NCBI GenBank assembly: GCA_036502405.1
Contig: DASXYP010000022.1
Coordinates: forward strand, 572-64,571
Length of the DNA: 64,000 nucleotides
Source: Acidimicrobiia bacterium
Lineage (GTDB): Bacteria > Actinomycetota > Acidimicrobiia > IMCC26256 > JAENVU01
Direction: 5' to 3'
The notes beneath the pieces were generated by a model. That model searched no databases, was not told the origin of the DNA, and saw only the letters and a list, made by a program, of their open reading frames with translations. The translations under genes and the position numbers were made by a program. Below, in pieces: positions 8,878-17,659 of the stretch. Every line of letters begins with the position of its first letter. The stretch's first letter is position 1.

Positions 8878-10500
8878 ATGGGCAGGGACCACGAGGTGCG
8901 CGGACGGAACCGTGTCCTGATCGCGGCCGCGGTCGGCACGGTCGTCGCACCGTTGTTGGCGATCGCGCCGGCGGGCGCGACCCCGCCGAGCGGGCGGATC
9001 CGGCCACCGCGCAGCGTCCTCCATGCGGCTGGGGTCCACGCTGCCGCGGGGAGCACCCCGTACAACATCACCAACCGCCTCTGTGGTGACACGCGACCGG
9101 CCGGGGTTCCGCTCGCGTACAGCACGTTGTACGCGTACGGCGCCGACGGTGGCGACAACGCGCAGGGGATCAAGGGCGGGGGCGGCGCGGTCGCGGTCGC
9201 GTCGTTCGCCTTCCCGGTCGGGACCGTCCTCACCGGTGCGGCGGGCTGCGCGGGGCAGTCGGCGACGGCCGGCAACCAGAACACCAACGGCGGTGGTTCG
9301 AGCCACGGAGCGAGCGGAGGCACTGGGGGCCCCGGCGCCGAGAACGGGACCAGCGGCGCGGGTGGCGGTGGCTACAGCGGCTGGTACCGGGGTGCGACGC
9401 CGCTGGTCGAGGCCGGGGCCGGGGGCGGGGCCGGTGGGAGTGCGACCGGCGGTGCCGGCGGGGATGCCGGGAGCGGGGGCGCCAACGGTGTGCAGGGACC
9501 CATGCAGCTGTGCTGCGCGACGGGTGGTGGTGCGGGAACCTTCGGCGCGCCCGGCGCGCCGGGCAGCATGAACGGTGGCTTCGGCGTCGGCCGGTACAGC
9601 GGTGGCCCCGGCGGCTTCGGCGGAGGTGGCGGCGGATCCGGGATCCAGGGTGGCGGAGGTGGCGGTGGTGGCTTCGTCGACTCGCCCTCGGCGGGCGCCG
9701 GCGGTGGTGGTGGCGGAAGCAACGTGTACACGGCGGACGGCTACTGGCTGGAGTTCGGTGGTGTCGGGCACGGCAACCACTTCGACGGGGTCGCCCAGAT
9801 CGTGACCGTGCGCCAGCTCACCCGGTACCCGACCTTCCCCGGTCGCAGCGTGGTGCGGGGCATCGCGCCGAACAGCACGCGCGGCGGTGGTTACGAGGTG
9901 CTCGCCGACGGGCACATCCAGACGTTCGCCCAGGGGGCCAACCCGACGGCCGCGACCGGTGGCCCGTCGTGGCCGGGCCAGGACGTCGCCCGGGGGCTCG
10001 CGGTCCTGCCCGACCGCTCGGGCGGGTACGTGGTCGACCTGTACGGGCAGCTTCACCCGTTCTCGATCGGCACCGGCACCCCGCCGGCCGTCACGAACCG
10101 GGTGCTCTGGCCGGGCAAGGACATCGCCCGGGGCGTGACGATCCTGGCGGACGGCACCGGGGGGTACGTCCTCGGGCGCGACGGGCGGCTCTACTCGTTC
10201 GCGATCGGCAGGCACCCGAAGCCACCCGACGCCCAACGCGTCCCGTCCTGGCCGGGTCGGGACGTCGCACGCGGCATCACCGCTCCGTTCCTCGACGCGC
10301 ACGGCGTCGCCGGCGGCTGGATCGTCGACCCGTTCGGTGGGCTCCACCCGTGGGGCCGTCTGTTCGGCGGCCCGACGCCGACGGCGGTCGGGCCGACGCT
10401 CGGGGCCCGCGGTGTCCTCTCGTTCGGCGGCGGTGCCGGAGGGCTGATCGTCGACGGCTCGGGCAACATGCGGGCCTTCGCGAGCCCCGGCCTCCCGTAG
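8878..10500 (+). CDS. secreted glycine-rich domain protein with five C-terminal repeats of about 46 aa
   Basis: Signal-like N-terminus (RNRVLIAAAVGTVVAPLLAIAPAGA), a GGxGG-rich central region of about 250 aa, then five WPGxD[IV]ARG...GGY[IV][LV]D..G.LH.F modules. AGGGGG lies upstream of the ATG at 8878. Confidence 0.6.
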   Translation: MGRDHEVRGRNRVLIAAAVGTVVAPLLAIAPAGATPPSGRIRPPRSVLHAAGVHAAAGSTPYNITNRLCGDTRPAGVPLAYSTLYAYGADGGDNAQGIKGGGGAVAVASFAFPVGTVLTGAAGCAGQSATAGNQNTNGGGSSHGASGGTGGPGAENGTSGAGGGGYSGWYRGATPLVEAGAGGGAGGSATGGAGGDAGSGGANGVQGPMQLCCATGGGAGTFGAPGAPGSMNGGFGVGRYSGGPGGFGGGGGGSGIQGGGGGGGGFVDSPSAGAGGGGGGSNVYTADGYWLEFGGVGHGNHFDGVAQIVTVRQLTRYPTFPGRSVVRGIAPNSTRGGGYEVLADGHIQTFAQGANPTAATGGPSWPGQDVARGLAVLPDRSGGYVVDLYGQLHPFSIGTGTPPAVTNRVLWPGKDIARGVTILADGTGGYVLGRDGRLYSFAIGRHPKPPDAQRVPSWPGRDVARGITAPFLDAHGVAGGWIVDPFGGLHPWGRLFGGPTPTAVGPTLGARGVLSFGGGAGGLIVDGSGNMRAFASPGLP

Positions 10501-10544
10501 TCCGCCGTCTGATTGACGAACGGCGGGCGGGAGCAGGGCGGCGG

Positions 10545-11333
10545 TCAGACGAGGAGCTCGCCGCGCGTCACCGTCACGGCGTGGCCGCCGAGCACCACAC
10601 GGTCGTCATCGACACGGCAGCGGACGCTGCCGCCGCGCTCCGACGCCTGGTAGCCGACGAGCTCGTCGCGGCCGAGCCGCGCGGCCCAGTACGGCGCGAG
10701 CGCGCAATGCGCGGCGCCGGTCACCGGGTCCTCGTCGATGCCGGCGGCGGGCGCGAAGAAGCGAGAGACGAAGTCGGCATCGGGCGAATCCGACTCCGCG
10801 GTGACGATCACGCCTGCGCCGGAGAGCCGCGCGATCACGCCGAAGTCGGGATCGAGCGCGCGGACGGCGGCCGCGTCGGTGAGCGCGAGCAGCCTGCCGA
10901 CCCGGCTCTGCGCCGCGTCCGTGACCTCGACGCCGAGCGCGTCGGAGAGCTCACCCGTGACCGCGATCGGCTCGGGAGGGTCGGCGGGGAGGTTCATCTC
11001 GATGAGGTCGCCCGCCCGCGTGCAGACGAGCTCGCCGCTGTGGGTCTCGAAGCGGGCGTCGACCGCAAGTGGGAGCCAGCCCTCCCACAGCACGTGCGCA
11101 CTCGCGAGGGTGGCGTGCCCGCACAGGTCGACCTCGACCGCCGGCGTGAACCAGCGCAGCCCGAACGCGGCGCCGGCCGGGATCACGAACGCGGTCTCGG
11201 AGAGGTTCAGCTCCGCGGCGACGGCCTGCATCCACTCCGGGTCCGCCGGCGCGTCGAGGAGGCACACCGCGGCCGGGTTGCCGCCGAATGCGGCCTCGGT
11301 GAACGCGTCGACGATGAAGAGCGGGGCGCCCAC
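10545..11333 (-). CDS. PhzF family isomerase
   Basis: 262-aa ORF starting PLFIVDAFT...GNPAAV, with the conserved ETAF and CGHATL motifs of PhzF-like epimerases. Confidence 0.8.
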   Translation of the reverse strand: MGAPLFIVDAFTEAAFGGNPAAVCLLDAPADPEWMQAVAAELNLSETAFVIPAGAAFGLRWFTPAVEVDLCGHATLASAHVLWEGWLPLAVDARFETHSGELVCTRAGDLIEMNLPADPPEPIAVTGELSDALGVEVTDAAQSRVGRLLALTDAAAVRALDPDFGVIARLSGAGVIVTAESDSPDADFVSRFFAPAAGIDEDPVTGAAHCALAPYWAARLGRDELVGYQASERGGSVRCRVDDDRVVLGGHAVTVTRGELLV

Positions 11334-11344
11334 GAGAGCGGGTG

Positions 11345-13129
11345 CTACTCGATGATGACGAGGACCGCGCCGGTGCCGACGGTCTCGCCCGCGCTCACCC
11401 GGATCTCCGCAACGGTCCCGGCCCGCTCGGCGCTGATGTGGTTCTCCATCTTCATCGCCTCGAGCACGAGCAGACCCTGGCCGACCTCGACCGCGTCGCC
11501 GACGTGCACGAGCACCTTGACGATGGTGCCCTGCATCGGCGCGTTGACGGTGCCGTCACCGCCGGAGCCGGACGAAGCGGCCGCCTTCGGCTTCGGGGCC
11601 CGCTTCGCGGCTCCCGGGCCGGCGCTTGCGACGACCGGTGCGTCGGGGAGCCAGAGCTTCACGTTGAACCGCTTGCCGTCCACCTCGACCGGCACCGTCC
11701 GCTCGGTGAGCGCCTCGCCGTCGGCGTCGATCGTGGTCGCCGGGCCGGCCTCGGACGTCAGGCCGGACAGGTCGACCTCGTTCTCGAGCCAGTTGGTCGA
11801 GTGGTGTCCCGCCGCGAAGTCCGGGTGCGCGAGAACGAGCTCGTGCGCGGGAACCGTCGTGTGGATGCCCTCCACCACGAGCTCCTGCAGCGCGCGCAGC
11901 ATCCGGTGGCGGGCACGGTCACGATCAGGCGCCCACACGACGAGCTTCGCGAGCAGGTTGTCGTAGTACTGCGAGATCGTGTCGCCTTCTTCGTAGCCCC
12001 CGTCCCACCGCACGCCGGGCCCCGACGGGATCCGCAGCTTGGTGACGGTCCCCGGCGAGGGAAGGAACCCCTTGGCCGCGTTCTCCGCGTTGACGCGCAC
12101 CTCGATCGAGTGGCCGTGGTGCTCGACGGAGTCCTGGGTGAACGACAGCGGCTCACCGCTCGCGACGCGGATCTGCTCGGCCACGAGGTCGAGCGAGGTG
12201 ACCATCTCGGTGACGCAGTGCTCGACCTGGAGCCGGGTGTTCATCTCGAGGAAGTAGAAGTCGCCGTCGCCGCCGCCCTCGGGCGGTTGGTACAGCATCT
12301 CCACCGTGCCGGCGTTGACGTACCCGCACGCCTTCGAGACCTTCACCGCGGCCTCGCCCATCGCGGCGCGGGTCTTCTCGCTCAGCCCCGCCGCAGGTGA
12401 CTCCTCGACCAGCTTCTGGTGGCGTCGCTGCACCGAGCAGTCGCGCTCACCCAGCCAGACCGCGTTGCCGTGGGTGTCGGCGAAGATCTGCATCTCGATG
12501 TGGCGGGGACGCGGCAGGTACTTCTCGAGGTACGCCTCGGACCGCCCGAAGTAGGCCAGCGCCTCGCGCTGGGCCGAGTCGAGCGCCGACTGCGCGGACG
12601 CCGCGTCCTCGACCACCTTCATCCCGCGGCCGCCACCGCCGTACGCAGCCTTGATCGCGACCGGCCAGCCGACCTTCTCGCCGAAGGCGATCACGTCGTC
12701 GGCGCTCACGATCGGGTCCAGCGTGCCGGGCACGCTCGCCACGCCACCGCGGTCCGCGGCACGCCGGGCGGAGATCTTGTCTCCCATCACGTCGATGGCA
12801 TCCGGCGGGGGCCCGATCCAGGTGACGCCCCGGTCGCCGATGACCCGGGCGAACTCCGCGTTCTCGGCGTAGAAGCCGTAGCCCGGGTGCACGCCGTCGG
12901 CGCCCGAACGCTCGATCACGCCGAGGATCGCGTCGGTGTTGAGGTAGCTCTCGGCCGCGGTCTGGCCGCCGAGCGCGTACGCCTCGTCGGCGTAGCGGAC
13001 GTGGAGTGCGTCCCGGTCGAGCTCCGAGTAGACCGCGACGGTGGGGATCGCCAGCTCGCGGCACGTCCGCATGACGCGGATGGCGATCTCGCCGCGGTTG
13101 GCGATCAGGATCTTCTGGAGCACGGGCAC
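11345..13129 (-). CDS. accA: acetyl/propionyl-CoA carboxylase alpha subunit (biotin carboxylase + BCCP)
   Basis: Starts (VP)VLQKILIANRGEIAIRV, followed by an ATP-grasp domain and the C-terminal biotinyl motif EAMKMEN. GTG 13129 (or 13123) was chosen; the longer ORF start at 13633 was rejected. Confidence 0.9.
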   Translation of the reverse strand: MPVLQKILIANRGEIAIRVMRTCRELAIPTVAVYSELDRDALHVRYADEAYALGGQTAAESYLNTDAILGVIERSGADGVHPGYGFYAENAEFARVIGDRGVTWIGPPPDAIDVMGDKISARRAADRGGVASVPGTLDPIVSADDVIAFGEKVGWPVAIKAAYGGGGRGMKVVEDAASAQSALDSAQREALAYFGRSEAYLEKYLPRPRHIEMQIFADTHGNAVWLGERDCSVQRRHQKLVEESPAAGLSEKTRAAMGEAAVKVSKACGYVNAGTVEMLYQPPEGGGDGDFYFLEMNTRLQVEHCVTEMVTSLDLVAEQIRVASGEPLSFTQDSVEHHGHSIEVRVNAENAAKGFLPSPGTVTKLRIPSGPGVRWDGGYEEGDTISQYYDNLLAKLVVWAPDRDRARHRMLRALQELVVEGIHTTVPAHELVLAHPDFAAGHHSTNWLENEVDLSGLTSEAGPATTIDADGEALTERTVPVEVDGKRFNVKLWLPDAPVVASAGPGAAKRAPKPKAAASSGSGGDGTVNAPMQGTIVKVLVHVGDAVEVGQGLLVLEAMKMENHISAERAGTVAEIRVSAGETVGTGAVLVIIE

Positions 13130-13156
13130 CTCGGCCGGTGGAGACGGGTCGGGCCG

Positions 13157-13163
13157 TATCCTA
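13157..13163. promoter_or_regulatory. overlapping divergent -10-like hexamers (TATCCT on + for birA, TAGGAT on - toward accA)
   Basis: TATCCTA occupies 13157-13163 within the 40-bp accA-birA intergenic region. Confidence 0.4.
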
Positions 13164-13169
13164 CGGGCC

Positions 13170-13904
13170 GTGCCCGATCCCGAGGCCATTCCGGCGCGCT
13201 TCCAGGACGTCCGCCGGCTGGCCGACACGGACTCGACGAACCGGTACGCACTGGACCTCGCCCGCGCCGGCGCGGCCGACGGCGTGGTCGTGGTCGCCGA
13301 CCACCAGTCGGCGGGACGAGGCCGCCTCGACCGCACCTGGACCGCGCCGCCGGGGGCGTCGCTGCTGGTGTCGGTCCTCCTGCGCCCCGAGCTCCCGCCC
13401 GAGCAGCGCCATCTCGTCGTGATGGCCGCCGCGGTGGCGATGGGCGACGCGCTCGCGCGCGCGGCCGGCGTCGACGCCACGACGAAGTGGCCGAACGACC
13501 TCCTCGTGGGCACGCGCAAGATCGCCGGGATCCTCGCGGAGGCCACGGGGGACGCGGTCGTCGTGGGCATCGGCGTGAACCTCGACTGGCCGGAGATCCC
13601 GGCCGAGCTCGAGGGCATCGCGACCGCGTGCAACCTCGAGAGCGGGCGGACGACCTCGCGTGACGACCTGCTGGTCGAGTTCCTCGCCCGCTACGACGAG
13701 GCGCTGGCCGACCTCGACGAGACCCGGCGGCGGTACCGCCACGGGCTCGGGACCCTCGGGCGCACCGTCCGGGTGGAGCGGGCCGACAGCACCCTGGTGG
13801 GGCGCGCGGTGGACGTCGACGACGTGGGCCGGCTGCTGGTCGAGGTCGACGGGGCGGTCGAGGTGATCGCCGCGGGCGACGTCGTGCACCTGCGCGACGC
13901 GTGA
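13170..13904 (+). CDS. birA: biotin--[acetyl-CoA-carboxylase] ligase (group I, no HTH domain)
   Basis: Motifs DSTN, QSAGRGRL.R.W and KWPND. TATCCT at 13157-13162 lies 8 nt upstream of the GTG. The gene is divergent from accA. Confidence 0.85.
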   Translation: MPDPEAIPARFQDVRRLADTDSTNRYALDLARAGAADGVVVVADHQSAGRGRLDRTWTAPPGASLLVSVLLRPELPPEQRHLVVMAAAVAMGDALARAAGVDATTKWPNDLLVGTRKIAGILAEATGDAVVVGIGVNLDWPEIPAELEGIATACNLESGRTTSRDDLLVEFLARYDEALADLDETRRRYRHGLGTLGRTVRVERADSTLVGRAVDVDDVGRLLVEVDGAVEVIAAGDVVHLRDA

Positions 13905-13905
13905 G

Positions 13906-13987
13906 CCGGCGTTCGCCCTCGGGAGATCGTGGTGGGCCGCCGGAGGGCGTCGGGTGACGTGCGCCCGGCGTTCGCCCTCCGGAGATC
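13906..13987. repeat. tandem pair (59-bp period) of CCGGCGTTCGCCCTC[G/C]GGAGATC with a complementary arm between the copies
   Basis: Copies at 13906-13928 and 13965-13987 have 1 mismatch. The arms are CGCCCTCGGG 13914-13923, CCGGAGGGCG 13940-13949 and CGCCCTCCGG 13973-13982. Confidence 0.8.
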
Positions 13988-13998
13988 CTGACGAGGCG

Positions 13999-14835
13999 TT
14001 ACGGATCGAGGTCGCGGGCGACGAGCGCGGTGAAGGCGTCGGCCAGGCGGGTGGTGACCGGCCCCGCGACGGCCGCGAGCTCGTGGCCGTCCACGCGCGC
14101 GATCGCCTGCACCTCGCGGGTCGTCGACGAGAGGAACGCCTCGTCGCAGCGGTGGAGCGCGTCGAGCGGGAGCGCCGCCTCCTCGACCGGGATCCCGAGC
14201 TCGGCTGCCAGCTCGAGGACGAGCGCGCGCGTGACGCCGAGCAGACAGCCCGCGTCTCCGGGCGGCGTGTGCAGGACGCCCTGGAACACGAGGAACACGT
14301 TCGAGCCGGTCGCCTCGCAGAGGTCGCCGCGCGTGTTGGGGAAGACCGCCTCGATTGCGCCGTGCTCGCGGGCGTAGGCGAGCGCCCGGACGTTCTCTGC
14401 GTACGAGATCGTCTTGAGCCCCGCGACCGCACCGCGCTCGTTGCGCGCCCAGGGGACAGTCACGACGTCCGCCCGGGCCATCGGGGGTGCGAGAGCGCTC
14501 GCGGCGACGATGACCGTCGGTGCAGCGTCGCCGCGCTCGGAGCCGAGCGGTGACTCGCCGCCGGTCACGGTGATGCGCAACCGACCGTCGCCGAGCCTGT
14601 TGGCATCGAGGACCGCGTCGGCCGCGGCGCGCAGCTCCACGGACTTCGGCACCTCGAGGCCGATCCCGGAAGCGGAGAACCCGAGCCGCTCGTGGTGGCG
14701 CCGCCACGCGAACGGGACGCCCTCGTAGACGCGCAACGTCTCGAAGACCCCGTCGCCGACGAGCAGACCGTGGTCGAGGGGCGAGATGCGGAGCGCGTCC
14801 GCCTCGTCGAGGACTCCGTTGACCCAGAGCTTCAT
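13999..14835 (-). CDS. class IV aminotransferase / aminodeoxychorismate lyase-like
   Basis: Starts MKLWVNG....A.ISPLDHGLLVGDGVFET, a fold-type IV PLP enzyme pattern. It lies directly downstream of the pabB-like gene. Confidence 0.65.
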   Translation of the reverse strand: MKLWVNGVLDEADALRISPLDHGLLVGDGVFETLRVYEGVPFAWRRHHERLGFSASGIGLEVPKSVELRAAADAVLDANRLGDGRLRITVTGGESPLGSERGDAAPTVIVAASALAPPMARADVVTVPWARNERGAVAGLKTISYAENVRALAYAREHGAIEAVFPNTRGDLCEATGSNVFLVFQGVLHTPPGDAGCLLGVTRALVLELAAELGIPVEEAALPLDALHRCDEAFLSSTTREVQAIARVDGHELAAVAGPVTTRLADAFTALVARDLDP

Positions 14836-14845
14836 GGGCGGCTCG

Positions 14846-16138
14846 TCACCGGACCGCCGGCACCCGCTGCGGCGAGCTTCGAAGATCTCCGGAGGGCGAC
14901 CGCCGGACCGCGACCGCACCGGCGCCCTCCGGCGGGGGCGCGCCGGCGCCCGCGACGGCCAGCAGCCGCGCCGCCTTCAGCTCGCTCTCGCGCCACTCAC
15001 CCGCGGGGTCCGAGTCCGCGGTGATGCCGGAGCCGACTCCGAGGTGCGTCTCGCCTGCGTGCACGGTGAACGTGCGGATCGCGACCGCGAGGTCCGCCCG
15101 GTCCGCGACCGTGTCGATCCAGCCGACCGCGCCGCAGTAGACCCCGCGTGGGACCGGCTCGAGATCCTCGATCTCCTGGAGGACCCGGGGCTTGGGCGCC
15201 CCCGTGACCGAGGCGGGAGGGAACGTGGCCCGCAGCAGGCCGCCGAGCCCGACGTCGGGGCGCCGGACCCCCCGCACCGTGCTCACGAGGTGGACGAGAC
15301 CGGGGTGGGTCTCGAGGTCGCACAGGCCCGGGACCTCGATCGAGCCCGGTTCGCAGACCCGGCCGAGGTCGTTGCGGGCGAGGTCCACGATCATCACGTT
15401 CTCCGCCCGGTCCTTGGTGCTCCGGCGCAGCGTCTCGGGGGACGCGGCGGTGCCCTTGATCGGCCGGGTCTCGACCTCCGGGCCGTCGACCCGGAGGAAC
15501 CGCTCCGGTGACGCGGAGACGACCGCGAGCCCGGAGCCGATCTCGTCCACCCCGACGCGCACGAACGACGCGTGCGGTGCCGGGTTGCCCGACTCGAGCG
15601 CGCACCAGAGCGCGACGGGGTCCGCGTCGCGGGCGCACGTCAGCTGCCGCGTCAGGTTCACCTGGTAGCAGTCGCCCGCCTCGATGTGCGCGACGATCGT
15701 CCGGACCCCGGCTTCGAAGTCGGGCCGATCGAGGCTCGACGCCCACGGCCCCAGCCCGGGCGACCTCGGTCCCGCGGCGCCTGCGTCGAGCGCGGTGTCG
15801 AGCGCGCGCCGGGCCGCGCCGTGCCCGAAGACCCGGCAGTCGCCGGTCCGGCGGTCGATCTCCACGCGGGCCGCGAAGCGGACGAGGACGGCGTCCGGGT
15901 GCGAGCGAGCGGGCGCGCCCGGACGCGCGACGACGCGTTCGACGCGGTGCCCGAGCTCGTAGGCGAGGAACCCGGCCCACCAGCCCGACGCCAGCCGGTC
16001 GATCCGGTCGAACGCGTCCGCCCCGTCGGCGGCGAGCACCTCGTCGGCTCCGCAGGCCACGATCGCCCGGGCCCCGTCGAACCCGACCGCGGCCGGAAGC
16101 GCAGCCGGCAACGCCGCCAGGATGGGCCCGACCTCCAT
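14846..16138 (-). CDS. pabB: aminodeoxychorismate/anthranilate synthase component I family (PabB-like)
   Basis: Chorismate-binding C-terminal motifs (VTGAPKPR, RGVYCGAVGW, AIRT). The internal ATG at 16138 was chosen. Confidence 0.75.
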   Translation of the reverse strand: MEVGPILAALPAALPAAVGFDGARAIVACGADEVLAADGADAFDRIDRLASGWWAGFLAYELGHRVERVVARPGAPARSHPDAVLVRFAARVEIDRRTGDCRVFGHGAARRALDTALDAGAAGPRSPGLGPWASSLDRPDFEAGVRTIVAHIEAGDCYQVNLTRQLTCARDADPVALWCALESGNPAPHASFVRVGVDEIGSGLAVVSASPERFLRVDGPEVETRPIKGTAASPETLRRSTKDRAENVMIVDLARNDLGRVCEPGSIEVPGLCDLETHPGLVHLVSTVRGVRRPDVGLGGLLRATFPPASVTGAPKPRVLQEIEDLEPVPRGVYCGAVGWIDTVADRADLAVAIRTFTVHAGETHLGVGSGITADSDPAGEWRESELKAARLLAVAGAGAPPPEGAGAVAVRRSPSGDLRSSPQRVPAVR

Positions 16139-16204
16139 GCCTGCAGGGTATCGGGGGCCCCCTGCCCACGAATTCGGGCGGTGCTTCAGTACCATCGTTG
16201 GACC

Positions 16205-17620
16205 GTGGTTGCCTCACTTCCGCCTTGGCGCGCCTTCGTTCGGCGCTACGTCATCGCCCTCGTGGTCACGTTCGTGCTCGTCACGGGCGGGATCCTCGTG
16301 GGCAACCGCGTCGTGGACTCGAAGCTGAACGACATCCCACGGGTCGGCGGACTGACCTTGGCGCCCGGGCCGGGCAAGGCCGGCAACTACCTGATCCTCG
16401 GCTCGGACTCCCGAAGCTTCGAGACCAACGCGGCCCAGCAGAAGGCGTTCGGAACCGCGGACGAGGCAGGGCCACCAAAGTCGGACACGTTGATGATCGT
16501 CCACATCGACCCCGACGCGAAGACCAGCCTGCTCGTCTCGTTCCCGCGCGACCTGCTGGTGAAGACCGCCGACGGCTCGACAGAACAGATCAACGCCGCG
16601 TTCAACGACGGCCCACAATCCGTGATCGACACGATCAAGCGGAACTTCGACGTCGAGATCAACCACTACGTCGAGATCAACTTCGAGGCGTTCATCGGGA
16701 TCGTCGACGCGGTCGGGAAGATCCCGGTGTACTTCCCGTACCCGGCTCGGGACAAGGAGTCCGGGCTCAACATACCGACCGCCGGTTGCATCTCCCTCGA
16801 TGGCAACCAGGCGCTGGCGTACGCGCGGTCGCGCACGTTGCAGTACTACGACTCGACCAGAGGCGACTGGGTCGACGCCAGCCCGCTCGCCGACATCGAC
16901 CGGATCACCCGCCAGCAGGGCTTCATCCGCAAGCTGGCCGACGTCGCCGCCCGCAAAGGTGCGTCGAACCCACTGACGGCGCTCGACATCGCCGACGCGA
17001 TCGTGCCGAAGCTCCGCCTCGACACGCAGCTGACCAAGCAGGACATCTTCCAGCTCGTGAACACGTTCCGGAAGGTCAACCCGAACGACAACAGCGCGAT
17101 CCGGATGCAGACGATCCCGTGGCAGCAGGCCCCGAGCAACGCCAACCGCCTGGTGCTCAAGCAGCCCGCAGCCGACTCCATGCTCGCCCAGCTGCGGACC
17201 TTCGGTGCGGTGAACGGACCGGACTTCACGAAGTTGCAGCCCTCGCAGGTCACGGTGAAGGTCCTGAACGCTTCGGGCGATCTCGGAGCGGCGGGGAAGG
17301 CGCTCGCGGGATTCCAGCGCTACGGGTTCGCGCCCGGCGAGGTGGGCAACACGTCGCTGCTCGGGAACACGGAGATCCACTTCCGCCCGGGGAACGACGC
17401 GAGGGCGCTGCTGGTCGCGAGCTACATGAAAGGTGTCGGCCAGGTGGTCGCGGACTCGTCGGTCTCCGGAGACCAGGTCGTCGTGATGATCGCGAAGGAC
17501 TTCAAGGGGGTGGCCAAGGCGAGCACGCACAAGCACCCGGCGACGACGACCACCACGGCCAAGAAGTCCGGCACGTCGGCCCCGACCAGCACGACCGCGC
17601 CGGGCGCAGCGGGCTGCTGA
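16205..17620 (+). CDS. LytR-CpsA-Psr (LCP) family cell-wall glycopolymer ligase with LytR_C-like C-terminal domain
   Basis: N-terminal TM helix, then YLILGSDSR....SDTLMIVHID...SFPRD and ALAYARSR motifs. The C-terminus has VTVKVLNASG...A. GTG 16205 was chosen. Confidence 0.85.
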   Translation: MVASLPPWRAFVRRYVIALVVTFVLVTGGILVGNRVVDSKLNDIPRVGGLTLAPGPGKAGNYLILGSDSRSFETNAAQQKAFGTADEAGPPKSDTLMIVHIDPDAKTSLLVSFPRDLLVKTADGSTEQINAAFNDGPQSVIDTIKRNFDVEINHYVEINFEAFIGIVDAVGKIPVYFPYPARDKESGLNIPTAGCISLDGNQALAYARSRTLQYYDSTRGDWVDASPLADIDRITRQQGFIRKLADVAARKGASNPLTALDIADAIVPKLRLDTQLTKQDIFQLVNTFRKVNPNDNSAIRMQTIPWQQAPSNANRLVLKQPAADSMLAQLRTFGAVNGPDFTKLQPSQVTVKVLNASGDLGAAGKALAGFQRYGFAPGEVGNTSLLGNTEIHFRPGNDARALLVASYMKGVGQVVADSSVSGDQVVVMIAKDFKGVAKASTHKHPATTTTTAKKSGTSAPTSTTAPGAAGC

Positions 17621-17653
17621 GCCGGCAAGTCCGCCGTAGTGCGGGCGACCCCC

Positions 17654-17659
17654 TAGAAT
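17654..17659 (+). promoter_or_regulatory. -10-like hexamer TAGAAT, implying a leader of about 165 nt for ugd
   Basis: This is the best -10 match in the 212-bp LCP-ugd intergenic region. Confidence 0.35.

Noticed and set aside
8878-10500. Whether the glycine-rich protein is PE_PGRS-like.
   Set aside because: It has no PE domain and has a Sec-type signal instead. The Gly blocks alternate with hydrophobic strands, as in the Gly_rich family, rather than forming GGAGGX repeats.
11345-13633. N-terminal extensions suggested by the ORF track for accA. The same applies to 15572-17620 (LCP), 18780-20105 (uxs), 19241-20896 (GT2), 27079-28566, 27667-30954, 24670-25713, 56069-57277 and 6445-7791.
   Set aside because: The extensions are low-complexity, overlap neighbouring genes or intergenic promoters, and precede the point where family-typical N-termini begin. 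Internal starts with a Shine-Dalgarno sequence, a -10 hexamer or a stop/start overlap were chosen instead.
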